From the NCBI GenBank assembly GCA_035911355.1, contig JAMHVU010000071.1, positions 51,835 to 115,834 on the forward strand: a stretch of 64,000 nucleotides of DNA. The letters run 5' to 3'. Shown here in pieces: positions 22,019-32,140 of the stretch. Both the position numbers and the translations under genes were made by a program. Position 1 is the first letter of the stretch; each line of letters opens with the position of its first letter. The notes under the pieces were generated by a model. That model was not told the origin of the DNA. It made no database searches and saw only the letters and a program-made list of their open reading frames with translations. The DNA is from Sphingobium sp. (lineage in GTDB: Bacteria; Pseudomonadota; Alphaproteobacteria; Sphingomonadales; Sphingomonadaceae).

Positions 22019-23010
22019 GCCCATCCGGTCACTCCTCTGCGCGCGCGGGTCAGGACATCGAGGCACGCCATGCGGACAGCGACGCCCATTTCCACCTGCT
22101 CGGTGATGGTCGATCGGTCCGGCATATCAGCTACCGTGCTGGTAATCTCCACGCCCCGGTTCATCGGGCCGGGGTGCATGACGATGGCTTGCGGCTTCGC
22201 GCGCTGCAGCCGCTCGGAGGTCAGGCCGTAGAGCAGGTGGAACTCGCGGGCGGACGGAATGAAGGCGCCGTCCATTCGCTCGTTCTGAACGCGCAGCATC
22301 ATCACGACATCTGCCCCCTCCAGCGCCGCGTCGAAATCATGAAACGGCGTCACCCGGTAGCGCTCGACCGCGGCTGGCATCAGCGTGGGTGGCGCGCAGA
22401 CGCGCACATTGGCGCCAAGCGCCGTGAGGCACAGCATGTTGGAGCGGGCGACGCGGCTATGCAGAACATCACCGCAGATCGTCACCACCACGCCCTCCAG
22501 CCCGCCCAGGCGACGACGGATGGTGAGCGCGTCGAGCAGGGCTTGCGTGGGGTGTTCATGGCGGCCATCGCCGGCGTTGAGCACCGGGCAGTCCACCTTG
22601 TCCGCAATGAGCTGCACCGCGCCCGAGCTCATATGACGGATGACGATCACGTCGGCGCGCATGGCGTTGAGCGTCATCGCCGTGTCGATCAGCGTTTCGC
22701 CCTTTTTCACGCTTGATTGGGCGGCGTGCATGTTCACCACGTCCGCGCCTAGCCGTTTGCCCGCCACCTCGAAGGAAAGGAGGGTGCGGGTCGAGTTCTC
22801 GAAGAAGGCGTTCATCTGGGTGAGGCCGGCGAGCCGATCGTCATGCTTGCGGCTTTCGGCGGCACGGTTGAGCGTCACCCATTGCTCGGCTTCATCGAGC
22901 AGGAAGCGGATTTCGTGGGGTGCAAGGCCGGCAATGCCGAGCAGATGACGGTGTGGAAAATTGTCCCGGCCGACAAGACCGGAATGCGAGGAACTGGAAT
23001 GGGCCGCCAT
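22015..23010 (-). CDS. pyrB: Aspartate carbamoyltransferase catalytic subunit
   Basis: [41 protein letters not shown]. Confidence 0.98.
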   Translation of the reverse strand: MAAHSSSSHSGLVGRDNFPHRHLLGIAGLAPHEIRFLLDEAEQWVTLNRAAESRKHDDRLAGLTQMNAFFENSTRTLLSFEVAGKRLGADVVNMHAAQSSVKKGETLIDTAMTLNAMRADVIVIRHMSSGAVQLIADKVDCPVLNAGDGRHEHPTQALLDALTIRRRLGGLEGVVVTICGDVLHSRVARSNMLCLTALGANVRVCAPPTLMPAAVERYRVTPFHDFDAALEGADVVMMLRVQNERMDGAFIPSAREFHLLYGLTSERLQRAKPQAIVMHPGPMNRGVEITSTVADMPDRSTITEQVEMGVAVRMACLDVLTRARRGVTGWA

Positions 23011-23210
23011 GAAGTCTGCCCTTAAGTCAGGCTGCGGGGATGAGTCTAGCGCTGTGTTGACAGGGCAGGGGCGTAGCCGGACAATCGGGCGATGCACATC
23101 AACGTAAAAAGGAGCGCCGTGTGAGCGTGGAAAAGCCGGTGGCGACGCGATGGTCAGGCGCTCTGCTGCCTGCCACGGCGATCTTTCGTGAAGAAAATCG
23201 CGAATATCCT

Positions 23211-23696
23211 ATGAGCGAGGCTGATGTGGTGATGCTCCGCCGCAAACGGAGTGTCGTCCAGACCGTGTTGGCAGATGCGTTCGATGCGCTGCTGCTGCCG
23301 CTCGGCTACGCGCGCACGGCCCCGGGCGATTGGCGTAAGACGAGCATCTGGGGGCGGAGCGCGTTCAACTTCCAGAAGGACAGTCGCGGTTTTAGCTGTT
23401 TCATCAATGCAGCGGTGCTGGGCCGGTGGGAGCGTGGCGCCGGTGCGAACGCGAACACTGCCGATGGGTTTTCCTATCAACGCCTTGCGGCCTTCTGCCC
23501 GGATATCCCGGTATCGCGCCGACCCGATGCGCTCTCCTATGTGCGCCTGCATGATGATGACGCGTTTTTACAGGCAGTGCTGGCTGTAGTGGAAGCGCGG
23601 ATTATCCCGTGGCTGGAAGCGCGGCATCGTGCCGGCGTGTTGCTGGGGAGTCGGGCACCAGCCGATATGCGCGCAGTTCCGCTATTCATGGAGTAG
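23211..23696 (+). CDS. Hypothetical protein (DUF4304-like pattern)
   Basis: Fills gap; 'LLPLGY...FNFQK...FIN' resembles DUF4304 proteins (weak). Confidence 0.55.
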   Translation: MSEADVVMLRRKRSVVQTVLADAFDALLLPLGYARTAPGDWRKTSIWGRSAFNFQKDSRGFSCFINAAVLGRWERGAGANANTADGFSYQRLAAFCPDIPVSRRPDALSYVRLHDDDAFLQAVLAVVEARIIPWLEARHRAGVLLGSRAPADMRAVPLFME

Positions 23697-24005
23697 AAGC
23701 CAGCCGAGCAGCGCCGTAGCCTGTATGGCTGCTACGAGATGCAGGCGTATCGAAAAGCTGGTCTTCCGGCTTTTGTGGCGGAAAATCCGGCGCCCGAGAT
23801 AGGCGCCGCCTGTGCCGCCGATTGCAGCGAGCGTGAGAAGATCGCTCTCGCGGATGCGCCGTTCACCGCGCTGGGCACGCCGCTTGTCCATGCCCCAAAT
23901 GCAGAAGGTGGCAACGTTCAGGAGCATCAACGCGACCCCGATGAGGGCCAATGTTGCCGCAGGCAAGTTCAGAACCTCGCCGCGCCGGATGGCGCGAGCG
24001 GGCAT
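23682..24005 (-). CDS. DUF1294 (YsdA-like) small membrane protein
   Basis: DKRRA...RIRESDLL...GGTGGA...FRHKSRK. Confidence 0.88.
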   Translation of the reverse strand: MPARAIRRGEVLNLPAATLALIGVALMLLNVATFCIWGMDKRRAQRGERRIRESDLLTLAAIGGTGGAYLGRRIFRHKSRKTSFSIRLHLVAAIQATALLGWLLLHE

Positions 24006-24009
24006 GCGG

Positions 24010-25194
24010 TCATTCTTCTCCCGCCCGCTTCGTGCGGACCCATTGGCGTTCACGCCGGCCGGCAAGCTTCAGATAGACCGGCAGTTTCCACAGCAGATAG
24101 AGGGGAATCCGTAACAGCGTGTCTCCGCGTACGGTGTCACGCCCGTTCCACCACCAGTTGAGCGCGAGCATCAGCGCGCTGATGGCCAGTGCCGCCACAC
24201 ACATGCCGGCCGCGCACCAGCCTGCGCCGACCAGCGCCAGTGCGGCGCATGTCAATATGCCAAGCCCGGTCAGGGAAACGAGCAGGGCAAGCGGCGGCAC
24301 CATCAGGTGCAGTCCGGTCCACATCATGCCCGGCCGTCCCTTCCGGAGCCCGGCGACGAGTAACTGAGGCGCCTTGCGGAGCGCCGTGCCGATGAAGCCA
24401 TGTTCCCAGCGGGTCCGTTGCGTAAGGGTGTCGGCGGCGTCGGCCGGATCGGTCCATCCCGTCGCTTCCTCCGCAAACAGAGGGGCGCGGCCAGCGTGGG
24501 TGAAGTGGATGCCTAGCGCCAGATCTTCGACAAGGTCGCTTGTCGCAAGCGGCGCTTGGTCGAAAAGGGTCCATGGCACCGCCATGCCTGTTCCGCCGAG
24601 ATTGGCGGGTGCGCCGATGCGTTTGACGGCGCGCTGACGAACTTTGTTTTTGATAAGAAAAGCAAAATTCGAGATCTGCACCATCGGAGCATCATTTGAT
24701 GACGGGCTAAGCAGGACGCAACCTTGGACCGGCCTGTCGTTTGCGACGGCCATTTGGGCGAGGCGCTCCAGCGTTCCCGGATCGACGGTGCAGTCGGCAT
24801 CCAGCACGATCACACATTCAGGGGGATCGGCGCGCAGCCAGTCCCGCCCAAAGGCAAGCGCATGGCCCTTGCCACGCTGCGCGACGTCCTGCCGTTCAAT
24901 GACCTGCGCGCCGGCAGCCCGAGCTACCGCGGCCGTATCGTCAGAACAGTTGTCGGCAACAACGAGCAGGCGAATATGCTCCCCCAGCAGGGGACGGAGC
25001 GCATGAATGACTGCGGCAATGCCACCAGCCTCATTATGCGCTGGCATTAATATCGTGGTGCGGGGCACTGGTCCGCCGGGCAGCGGTGTGCGGCGGGGCG
25101 GCACAAGCCCGAGCGCCAACTCTGTCGTGAGCACGGCATTGGCGAGCAGCACAGGTGCGGCCACGACCCATGAGGCAGCGCCCGCGAATGTCAT
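24010..25194 (-). CDS. Family 2 glycosyltransferase
   Basis: PAHNE, ADNCSDDT, GKG, LDAD, VED, QRTRW. Confidence 0.92.
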   Translation of the reverse strand: MTFAGAASWVVAAPVLLANAVLTTELALGLVPPRRTPLPGGPVPRTTILMPAHNEAGGIAAVIHALRPLLGEHIRLLVVADNCSDDTAAVARAAGAQVIERQDVAQRGKGHALAFGRDWLRADPPECVIVLDADCTVDPGTLERLAQMAVANDRPVQGCVLLSPSSNDAPMVQISNFAFLIKNKVRQRAVKRIGAPANLGGTGMAVPWTLFDQAPLATSDLVEDLALGIHFTHAGRAPLFAEEATGWTDPADAADTLTQRTRWEHGFIGTALRKAPQLLVAGLRKGRPGMMWTGLHLMVPPLALLVSLTGLGILTCAALALVGAGWCAAGMCVAALAISALMLALNWWWNGRDTVRGDTLLRIPLYLLWKLPVYLKLAGRRERQWVRTKRAGEE

Positions 25195-26414
25195 CGTGGC
25201 GGCTCCACGCCGGCATGAAGCGCCTCGATCGCATGGAGCAGCGCCGCGCCATTGCGCCCCGCATCATGGGCCGCGAGCACGCGCCGGCGCCCTTCTGCGC
25301 CCATTTTATCAAGGATTTCGGGGGCGGCGTTAAGCGCGGCGATCATGGCGGCGCTGATCGCGTTCACGTCACCGGCGGGGATCAGCCAGCCGCAGCTCTC
25401 GTCGACAAGTTCGGGCGTGCCGGCAATCCGGCTGGCAATGACGGGACGGCCCAGGGCAAGCGCTTCCATGATGACGACGGGGAGGCCTTCGGCGAAGCTG
25501 GGCAGAATCATGGCGCGCGCATTGAGAATCTCCTCACGCACGCGGGCACTGCTGGCCCATCCGGTGATGGTGATCGCATCAGTAAGACCAAGCTCGGCAA
25601 TTTGCCGCTCGATCTCGGCACGCATTTCGCCGTCGCCCACCAATGTCAGATGAAAATCATGCCCACCGGCCCGAACCTGGCCCGCGGCGGCGATCAACAG
25701 TGGCAACCCTTTTTGCGCGCTGAGACGGGCAACGCAGCACAGCCTCGGGGCGGCGGGCGCGGGCACGGCCTGCGCCCCTTCGCCGAAACTTTCATCGACC
25801 CCGCATCGCACGACAAGCAGGCGGCCCCAATGGGCTAGCGCGCTCCAGCGCATCAACTGGCTGCGGCCAAAGCTGCTGATGGCGACACAGGCCATCCCCT
25901 CGGCGATCTTGCCGCCGAGATCATGGCCGACAGGAGCATCGAACTCATCCGGGCCGTGAACGGTGAAGCTGTATGGCGGGCCGCCCAGGCGGCGGGCCAG
26001 CCGGGCAACTGCCGTGGCATTGGTTCCAAAATGCACATGGAGGTGATCGGCGCGATCCGCGACGAGGCGCGGCGTAAGCCAGGCTGCCTCGGCCAGATAG
26101 GCAAGATGCGGCACGACTCCACGATCCGACGAACGGCTCATGGCAAGCGTGCATCGCAGTGCGGAAAGAAACCGGCGTGGGCTGGCAATCGCGGCGCGGA
26201 GGAGGGCGGCGCCCAGTGAGACTGCGCCCTGATCGAGAATGAAGCGGGTCCGTACGCGTTCTGCCTCATCGCGCGGATCGGGGAGATCAGCTTGCGCGCT
26301 ACGAATGGAATAGCGCGTCACCTGCCCGCCCGCCTGCTCTACCGCGGCGATTTCGCGACGGATGAAGCTATGGCTGACGGCTGGATATTGCGTGGTGAGA
26401 TAGGCGATATGCAT
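25191..26414 (-). CDS. Family 4 glycosyltransferase (WcaL-like)
   Basis: YPAVSHSFIRREI, HVHF, TVHG, ARLSAQKG, EGLPVVIMEA. Confidence 0.93.
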   Translation of the reverse strand: MHIAYLTTQYPAVSHSFIRREIAAVEQAGGQVTRYSIRSAQADLPDPRDEAERVRTRFILDQGAVSLGAALLRAAIASPRRFLSALRCTLAMSRSSDRGVVPHLAYLAEAAWLTPRLVADRADHLHVHFGTNATAVARLARRLGGPPYSFTVHGPDEFDAPVGHDLGGKIAEGMACVAISSFGRSQLMRWSALAHWGRLLVVRCGVDESFGEGAQAVPAPAAPRLCCVARLSAQKGLPLLIAAAGQVRAGGHDFHLTLVGDGEMRAEIERQIAELGLTDAITITGWASSARVREEILNARAMILPSFAEGLPVVIMEALALGRPVIASRIAGTPELVDESCGWLIPAGDVNAISAAMIAALNAAPEILDKMGAEGRRRVLAAHDAGRNGAALLHAIEALHAGVEPPR

Positions 26415-26663
26415 TGGAATGATCGGCTGCTCCGGTCCAGTGCCTCCTCTCGCCCGCTAAGCCGCCGAGGTCCAGAGCATTTACTGGCGGGAAATGTCAA
26501 AATGGACCGAGGAACGCGACGAGGTGAGTGCACAGGCATTGGCGGACGGGGGTTTCTCTGTCAATTGGCGCGCACGAAGCTGACCCATGCTAACGCGATA
26601 TTCAACGACTCCGTGCAAAGGCGGCATTACGCGACAGGCGAAAGATTCCTTAGGGTGCGGCCG

Positions 26664-28061
26664 TTGATCGAGAATTGGTTGAAGTCATGTCAGGATCGCG
26701 CGCGGAGCGCCCTGGGCAAGGTGCGTGAGGATGACTCGCTTCAGGGCCGGGTGATCCGCAACGCTTCGTGGATCGGGCTTGGCTATGGTGGCGAGATGTT
26801 GCTGCGCCTGGGGTCCAGCCTCATTGTCACGCGGCTGCTTGAGCCGAGCATCTTTGGCCTGATTTCCATCGTCTCGATTTTCATGACGATCATCTTCATG
26901 CTCTCGGACCTTGGTTTGCGTCCTATCGTGCTGACGCATGATCGTGGAGACGACGGCGATTTTCTCAGCAGTGTCTGGGTTATCCAGATATTGAGGGGCA
27001 TATTGCTCACGATCATGATGGCCGGGCTTGGCTTTGGCTGGCATGTGGCGCAGCAAAATGGGTGGATCGATCCTCACAGCGGCTATGCGGATCCGATGCT
27101 GCCGGGGTTGCTTGCCTTTGTCGGGCTGTGCCTCTTCTTCTGGGGTTTTAGCTCGATCAATGAGTTTCGCCTGGCCCGGCATCTCCAGCAGGGTGAGATC
27201 ACGCGGCTGGACATGATCGCCAAGACGGCGGTGACGCTGGCGAACATCATTCTCGCCTTTTTCCTGCGCTCGGTCTGGGCACTCGCGATTCCCATGGTGC
27301 TGGGCGCGATGATGCGTGCGCTTCTGTCAATGAAGCTGCCCGGCCCGAAGATGCGCCTGCGCGCGAGAATGACGGACATCAAGGATGTTCTCGGTCACTC
27401 ACGCTGGATTGCAATCACCAGCATCGTGTCGGTAGCCATCATGTCGGCGGACAAGCTGGTAATCGGCTATTTCTTCGGCCTGAGTGCACTCGGTGTCTAT
27501 TCCATTGCCTACACGCTTTATGACGCGACGCAGGCCTTGCCGATGAAGTTTAACGCGACGAGCGGCGTGTCTGTCCTGAAGGCCCTTGATGGAGAGGATC
27601 CGGCGGCATTTAGGCGGCAATATTATCGGTTCAGATTACCTATAGATGTTTATGCCATCGCGTTCGGTCTTGGCTTCGCCTTTTTCGGCGGCCTTTTGAT
27701 CGAGCTCATGTATGATCCGCGCTATATCCATGCAGGGCGCTATCTCCAGATTTTCGGGATCGCGCTGTTGCTGCTGCCATTTGCTGTCCCCAGTAATATC
27801 CTCATCGCGGCACAGCGATTCAAATATTCATTCTTTGTTACGTTGTTGAAAGGCGTGACGTTCTTCATTGGCCTTGCCGTCTGCGCCTATTTCCATTCGC
27901 TGATCGGCATGGTGTTCGTACTGGCCTTGCAGCGCGTGCCGGAAATCGCCGTCTATCTGCTGGCGCCCGGCACAGGCATACCCTTCTCCTGGAAGCGCGA
28001 TGGCTTGCTGCTGGGATTGGCTGGTCTGGTGGTCGTCTATCTCGCCTGCCACTGGGGCTGA
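26664..28061 (+). CDS. Wzx-type oligosaccharide flippase
   Basis: RLLEPSIFG, SDLGL, ADKLVIG, LGVYSIA; many TMs; start uncertain (TTG 26664). Confidence 0.85.
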   Translation: MIENWLKSCQDRARSALGKVREDDSLQGRVIRNASWIGLGYGGEMLLRLGSSLIVTRLLEPSIFGLISIVSIFMTIIFMLSDLGLRPIVLTHDRGDDGDFLSSVWVIQILRGILLTIMMAGLGFGWHVAQQNGWIDPHSGYADPMLPGLLAFVGLCLFFWGFSSINEFRLARHLQQGEITRLDMIAKTAVTLANIILAFFLRSVWALAIPMVLGAMMRALLSMKLPGPKMRLRARMTDIKDVLGHSRWIAITSIVSVAIMSADKLVIGYFFGLSALGVYSIAYTLYDATQALPMKFNATSGVSVLKALDGEDPAAFRRQYYRFRLPIDVYAIAFGLGFAFFGGLLIELMYDPRYIHAGRYLQIFGIALLLLPFAVPSNILIAAQRFKYSFFVTLLKGVTFFIGLAVCAYFHSLIGMVFVLALQRVPEIAVYLLAPGTGIPFSWKRDGLLLGLAGLVVVYLACHWG

Positions 28062-28165
28062 GGCGCCACGGCACTGGATATCGATCAACAATGCGATTGA
28101 TGGTTGCGTATAGCTATCGCAACAAACGAGAGCAAAGAAGCTTCGAGTGAGTCCCGTCAGCAATG

Positions 28166-28200
28166 AAAAACGGCGCCCGGGTTTCCCTGGGCGCCGTTAT
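28166..28200 (-). terminator. Intrinsic terminator after epsD-like gene
   Basis: AACGGCGCCC/GGGCGCCGTT stem with A5 on + (U tract on -). Confidence 0.75.
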
Positions 28201-28228
28201 GTCTCTTAGTGCTATTTGAAGCGAGGGT

Positions 28229-29116
28229 CTACTTGCCTGCTTCAGCCGCACCAGCACCAGCACCAGCAGCGGCGGGTTCGGCTGCATTGCTTGCCTTGGG
28301 CGGCTGGTAGCCTTCCTGATACTCAATCTTGGCCTTCGCCTTGGCTTCCTTCAGGCGATCGCCACCAATTTTGTTCAGGCTCTGTGCGCGGATCGTTTGC
28401 AGCGCCATGGCTCTGGCGGCGTCTTGCGGAACATCGACCTTCTGGGTGTCGGTGATGACACTTACGACGACCTTGCCATTGTTTGGCAGGATGAACGGTT
28501 CGCCGGCCGGCAAAGCCGTGATGCGGTTCATGAGCGCGGGCGGAACGGCTGCCGAGTCGAGGCTGCCTTTGCCCTGCTGGAACTTGATGCCCATTTCCGT
28601 GAGGCGTGCGCCAACCTGTTCGAGCGTATGCGTCGACTCAAGGCTCTTCAGGCGCTCGGGATTGGCCGGCACGTCGAACTGGATCTGGTTGAGCGCGTAG
28701 CGTGTGCGACCGGCGAACATCGTCGGGTTGGACGCGATGAACTTGTCCACCTCTGCGGTGGTCGGTACCGGAACCGTATCCATGGCCTTCTTGCCGTACA
28801 TGGAAACGAGCAGTTGCTCATCCATGCGACGCTCCTGGCTGATATATGTCGGATCGCGGTCGATTCCCGCTTCCTTGGCTGCCTGCGCGAGCAGGCGGCG
28901 ATCAACCAGCTTTTGCAGGATCTGCGCGCGAGCAGCCTGCTTGTCGGCGTTGGCCGGCAGGTTGAGATCGGCGATTTCGGCGTTTAGCTCGTTAAGAGTG
29001 ATCTCCTCACCGTTAACGACCGCGACGACCTGCCCCTCGGCCTTTTTCTGGCATGCCGACGTGGCGAGCAGGATTGCCACCAGCGCGGCGCCGGACGCTG
29101 CGAACTTCTTGTTCAT
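28229..29116 (-). CDS. EpsD-family peptidyl-prolyl isomerase-like lipoprotein
   Basis: Lipobox LATSAC; GQVVAVVNGEEITLNELN; neighbour of exosortase/EpsI. Confidence 0.85.
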   Translation of the reverse strand: MNKKFAASGAALVAILLATSACQKKAEGQVVAVVNGEEITLNELNAEIADLNLPANADKQAARAQILQKLVDRRLLAQAAKEAGIDRDPTYISQERRMDEQLLVSMYGKKAMDTVPVPTTAEVDKFIASNPTMFAGRTRYALNQIQFDVPANPERLKSLESTHTLEQVGARLTEMGIKFQQGKGSLDSAAVPPALMNRITALPAGEPFILPNNGKVVVSVITDTQKVDVPQDAARAMALQTIRAQSLNKIGGDRLKEAKAKAKIEYQEGYQPPKASNAAEPAAAGAGAGAAEAGK

Positions 29117-29260
29117 GAATGATCTCCGATCAGTCTTATGCATTCGTATCTAGCCCCTGTTTGACTGATATCGCCAGCCATCCAACAAAACATGAAACAT
29201 ATAGCTAGCACCATATGGATGGCGTAATTTCCGGGGCGGCGTAAAGCCGCATTTTGTATC

Positions 29261-29989
29261 TTATTGTCCGACCAGAAGGCGGCGCCCGGCCGGGCTAAGA
29301 TCAACCAGCAAATCTTCCATGAATCGGCGCAGGTCATTCTTGGCTTGCGCATTCGCATCGGCGAGGACCGACGCGCGCACGAGAATGCCGTCCGGTATCT
29401 GGCCCTTGAGATTGGCCTTCACGACCGCAAGCCGCTGCTCTGCCCAGCTGCCCGGGAGATATTCGCCCAGCCGCGTCCAGTAAAAGACATATTCCGAGCG
29501 TTGCGGCCCCTTGGCGGTGAAGGCGCGCGTCTGGATTTCCTTGCCATTGGGTAGCCGCAGCGGCGTCAGGACTGTGTCGCTCAGACGGAATCCGGCGGCG
29601 GGATAGCAGATTTCCGGCCTGTGCAATTGCAACAGGCCGTTTTGAACACTGCTATACGCGATAAGCAGCGCGATGGAGGGCTTGCCCGGCGCAGTGTAGA
29701 CGCGTGTGAAAATCTGATCGTAAAGCGTTTCGGACAGTTCGTCTGGCGGTGGCATGACAAGGCCGGACGAGGTCAGGAACTGCCATCCGCCGATATGCGT
29801 TGGGATGAGCTTGTCCAATTCACCGTCCGGCATTGGCTTATGAACCGGCTGGGGTTGACGAATATAGCCGACCGTAGAGGCGGCCAGCAAAGCGCTGCCC
29901 AGAACCATGTTACGCCGGCTGATCCCGACGCTCTGATCGCTGCCGGGGATATAACCCGCAGATTCCGGTGTCAGGCTACTCTCCGACAT
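29261..29989 (-). CDS. epsI: Exosortase-associated EpsI-family protein
   Basis: LYDQ...RVY, LHRPEICYPAAGF, YWTR, DGILVR. Confidence 0.9.
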   Translation of the reverse strand: MSESSLTPESAGYIPGSDQSVGISRRNMVLGSALLAASTVGYIRQPQPVHKPMPDGELDKLIPTHIGGWQFLTSSGLVMPPPDELSETLYDQIFTRVYTAPGKPSIALLIAYSSVQNGLLQLHRPEICYPAAGFRLSDTVLTPLRLPNGKEIQTRAFTAKGPQRSEYVFYWTRLGEYLPGSWAEQRLAVVKANLKGQIPDGILVRASVLADANAQAKNDLRRFMEDLLVDLSPAGRRLLVGQ

Positions 29990-30884
29990 GGCTTAGCTTT
30001 CTGTCCTGGAGGCGACGCCACATGGGCTGGAGAACCAGAGCGTCGAGTCCGAAGATGGTAAGAAGTGCGGTGACAAACATGGTGAGGCCGGCGAAATTGT
30101 GCAAGAAGCCCTGCGCTGCGGCCTCGCCGCCATAATAGGTCAGCAGGATCAGGATGAGGATCCGCACGAAGTTGGCAAACACCGCGACCGGTACAATGAC
30201 AAGCAGCAGCAGCACGGCATAGCGCCAGTTTTCCTGATGTCGCACATAGACGTAGAAGAGCGAGATGGCCGACAGCGAAACGAGCGAGTTGAGCCCGGAG
30301 CAGGCCTGCGCGACGAAAAGTTGATATTGGCCGATCTGCATGGTCACGCCAGCGCCGGCGATCGGGTAGCCCAGCCAGTAGAGCAGCTTGACCGCAGCCT
30401 GAGAGAGGCCGATCTTCAATGGCTGGGTCACCGCTGCGACCAGCATTTCAGGCGGAGGAAAAACGAAGAGCAGGTAGAATAGCGGGAACCACAGCCGCTT
30501 CATGGCCTCTCCGCCGACCGTGCTGTAGAGGACCACCAGCAGAAGGCCGTACATCAGAAAGCCTTCAACCTCGACGATCTGCGTTACGCGCGCAACCAGA
30601 TAGCCGATGAGAAGGGGGACAAAGAGCAGGGCAACCCGGCGCAATGGTGCTGGCTGCATGACGGGCAGGGCATCCTGCCATTTCTTCACAAGAAACCAGA
30701 GGCCGGTGGCAAGAACGATCGGGCCGTGGCCACCTTCTTCTGACGCCCAGCTCGCCGTAGCGACGAAAATGATGGTGGGGATGAAGACGGCAAGGATACC
30801 CGCCGCGAGCAGCGGATTTCGGGTAATCCATGCCTGCAGACCAGCCAGTGGATGCGGTCTCGTCACGCTTTGTGTGCCGTGCAC
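29976..30884 (-). CDS. Exosortase (EpsH family)
   Basis: About 8 TMs; catalytic Cys-Arg-His in ACSGLNS, NFVRI, FLHNFAG. Confidence 0.95.
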   Translation of the reverse strand: MHGTQSVTRPHPLAGLQAWITRNPLLAAGILAVFIPTIIFVATASWASEEGGHGPIVLATGLWFLVKKWQDALPVMQPAPLRRVALLFVPLLIGYLVARVTQIVEVEGFLMYGLLLVVLYSTVGGEAMKRLWFPLFYLLFVFPPPEMLVAAVTQPLKIGLSQAAVKLLYWLGYPIAGAGVTMQIGQYQLFVAQACSGLNSLVSLSAISLFYVYVRHQENWRYAVLLLLVIVPVAVFANFVRILILILLTYYGGEAAAQGFLHNFAGLTMFVTALLTIFGLDALVLQPMWRRLQDRKLSHVGE

Positions 30885-31100
30885 GGGCCACTCCCAATAA
30901 ACGCGTAAGAAGCAGGCCCTTCGCCTTGGCGAGACCTGCCGTCCATTCGTCTCAATTCGCGTAAGATCATTGCCATTTCTCTACAGCGAAGGCTCAGACG
31001 GCACAAGCGCGGTTAACCTTGATGACTTCGGCCGTTTCTTGCTTTGGGGCAACCCGAAGGGCAAAGGTTACCAATATATTTCGATACCATGCCGTTTCAT

Positions 31101-31631
31101 TCACCGCTGGAGGTCGTTGACCCAGATTTGGGCGGCCTGAAGTCGCGCGGTGTTGTCCGCGCAGATGAGAGAATCGCGCATGTCGATCGTCATTGTGGAT
31201 TGCTCGTGGCGGTCGGCAGGGGGCCCATCAGGAAGGACGGGATCGGGACCGGCTCCGTCAGCGCGGCCGGTGGCGGAGGGAGGCCGGGGCAAATCGGCAT
31301 GTGCGGGACCACGCCGATCTGCTGCGGTTTGGCGCAGGACGAGAGTGCTATAGCGCTTACGCAGATCGGCGAGACGATCATCAGATGCATTGCGCGCGGT
31401 TTCATATTCGGCCTCCTTCTTCATCCGGGTCTCTTGAGCCATGGCGGCGGCGCTTTGCTGGGCGTGACGAAATGTCTCGACCTGCCGTTCTGCTGCGGCG
31501 CGGCACTGCCGCAGGGCGACAAGATGGGCGTCGCGCAGGCTATCGATGCGCCAGGACCATGTTGCGAAAGCGAACAGTGCGGCAACGCCGCCAAGGCGCA
31601 GCCAGAGAGACGGTGATAGAGAGAGCGGCAT
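31101..31631 (-). CDS. Rz-like i-spanin
   Basis: Start overlaps endolysin stop (TAATG); one N-terminal TM, Ala/Gln-rich coiled-coil, Pro-rich hinge, C-terminal Cys. Confidence 0.75.
   Translation of the reverse strand: MPLSLSPSLWLRLGGVAALFAFATWSWRIDSLRDAHLVALRQCRAAAERQVETFRHAQQSAAAMAQETRMKKEAEYETARNASDDRLADLRKRYSTLVLRQTAADRRGPAHADLPRPPSATGRADGAGPDPVLPDGPPADRHEQSTMTIDMRDSLICADNTARLQAAQIWVNDLQR
31190..31405 (-). CDS. Rz1-like o-spanin lipoprotein embedded out-of-frame in the i-spanin
   Basis: Hydrophobic stretch plus lipobox ALSSC, Pro-rich mature part (CPGLPPPP); same strand, different frame; start 31405 or 31390. Confidence 0.72.
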   Translation of the reverse strand: MKPRAMHLMIVSPICVSAIALSSCAKPQQIGVVPHMPICPGLPPPPAALTEPVPIPSFLMGPLPTATSNPQ

Positions 31632-32140
31632 TACCCGACATCTCGTATGCAAAGTGCGCGTTCTTCGCGTCGCCGATTGACGAGCCCCTGAACAATTCGA
31701 CCGCCAGCGCGTGTCCAGAGAAGAAACGCGTCGCATCCGCCGCGCCAATCCCCGGTGTTGAAGCGCCGCGCGGCGGTTGATCCGCAGAAGGCTGTGGTGC
31801 CGATGTTATAGGCAAGGCTGATCGAGGCCGCGAGCATATGGGAGCGCCGCGCCAGTGCCGGAACGCAGGCAAGCGCGGCTGAGCCATAGGTGCCTCGGAT
31901 CGCGCGTTCGAGCATGGCGCGGCACTCCTCCTGTGTGTAGCGGCGCATCGGCACCCGGGTTTCTCCGGTGCACACCGTCATCACGCCGACGATGTCGCGA
32001 TAGGGCACGAGGTGCGTGCCTTCCCATTTTTCGATCAGCGGAAAGGCAAGGGCAAAGCCCGCGACGATCAGCGATCCGGCGCCGAGCGCTGCGGCAACGG
32101 GCCGGGTGGGCTGGGCCTTAGTCATGGGTGCGGATGCCAT
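31631..32140 (-). CDS. GH24 phage lysozyme, SAR-type endolysin
   Basis: E-X8-D-X5-T triad (E-GTHLVPYR-D-IVGVM-T), YNIG, GLVNRRREE; Ala/Gly-rich hydrophobic N-terminus; start 32140 or 32125. Confidence 0.93.
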   Translation of the reverse strand: MASAPMTKAQPTRPVAAALGAGSLIVAGFALAFPLIEKWEGTHLVPYRDIVGVMTVCTGETRVPMRRYTQEECRAMLERAIRGTYGSAALACVPALARRSHMLAASISLAYNIGTTAFCGSTAARRFNTGDWRGGCDAFLLWTRAGGRIVQGLVNRRREERALCIRDVG

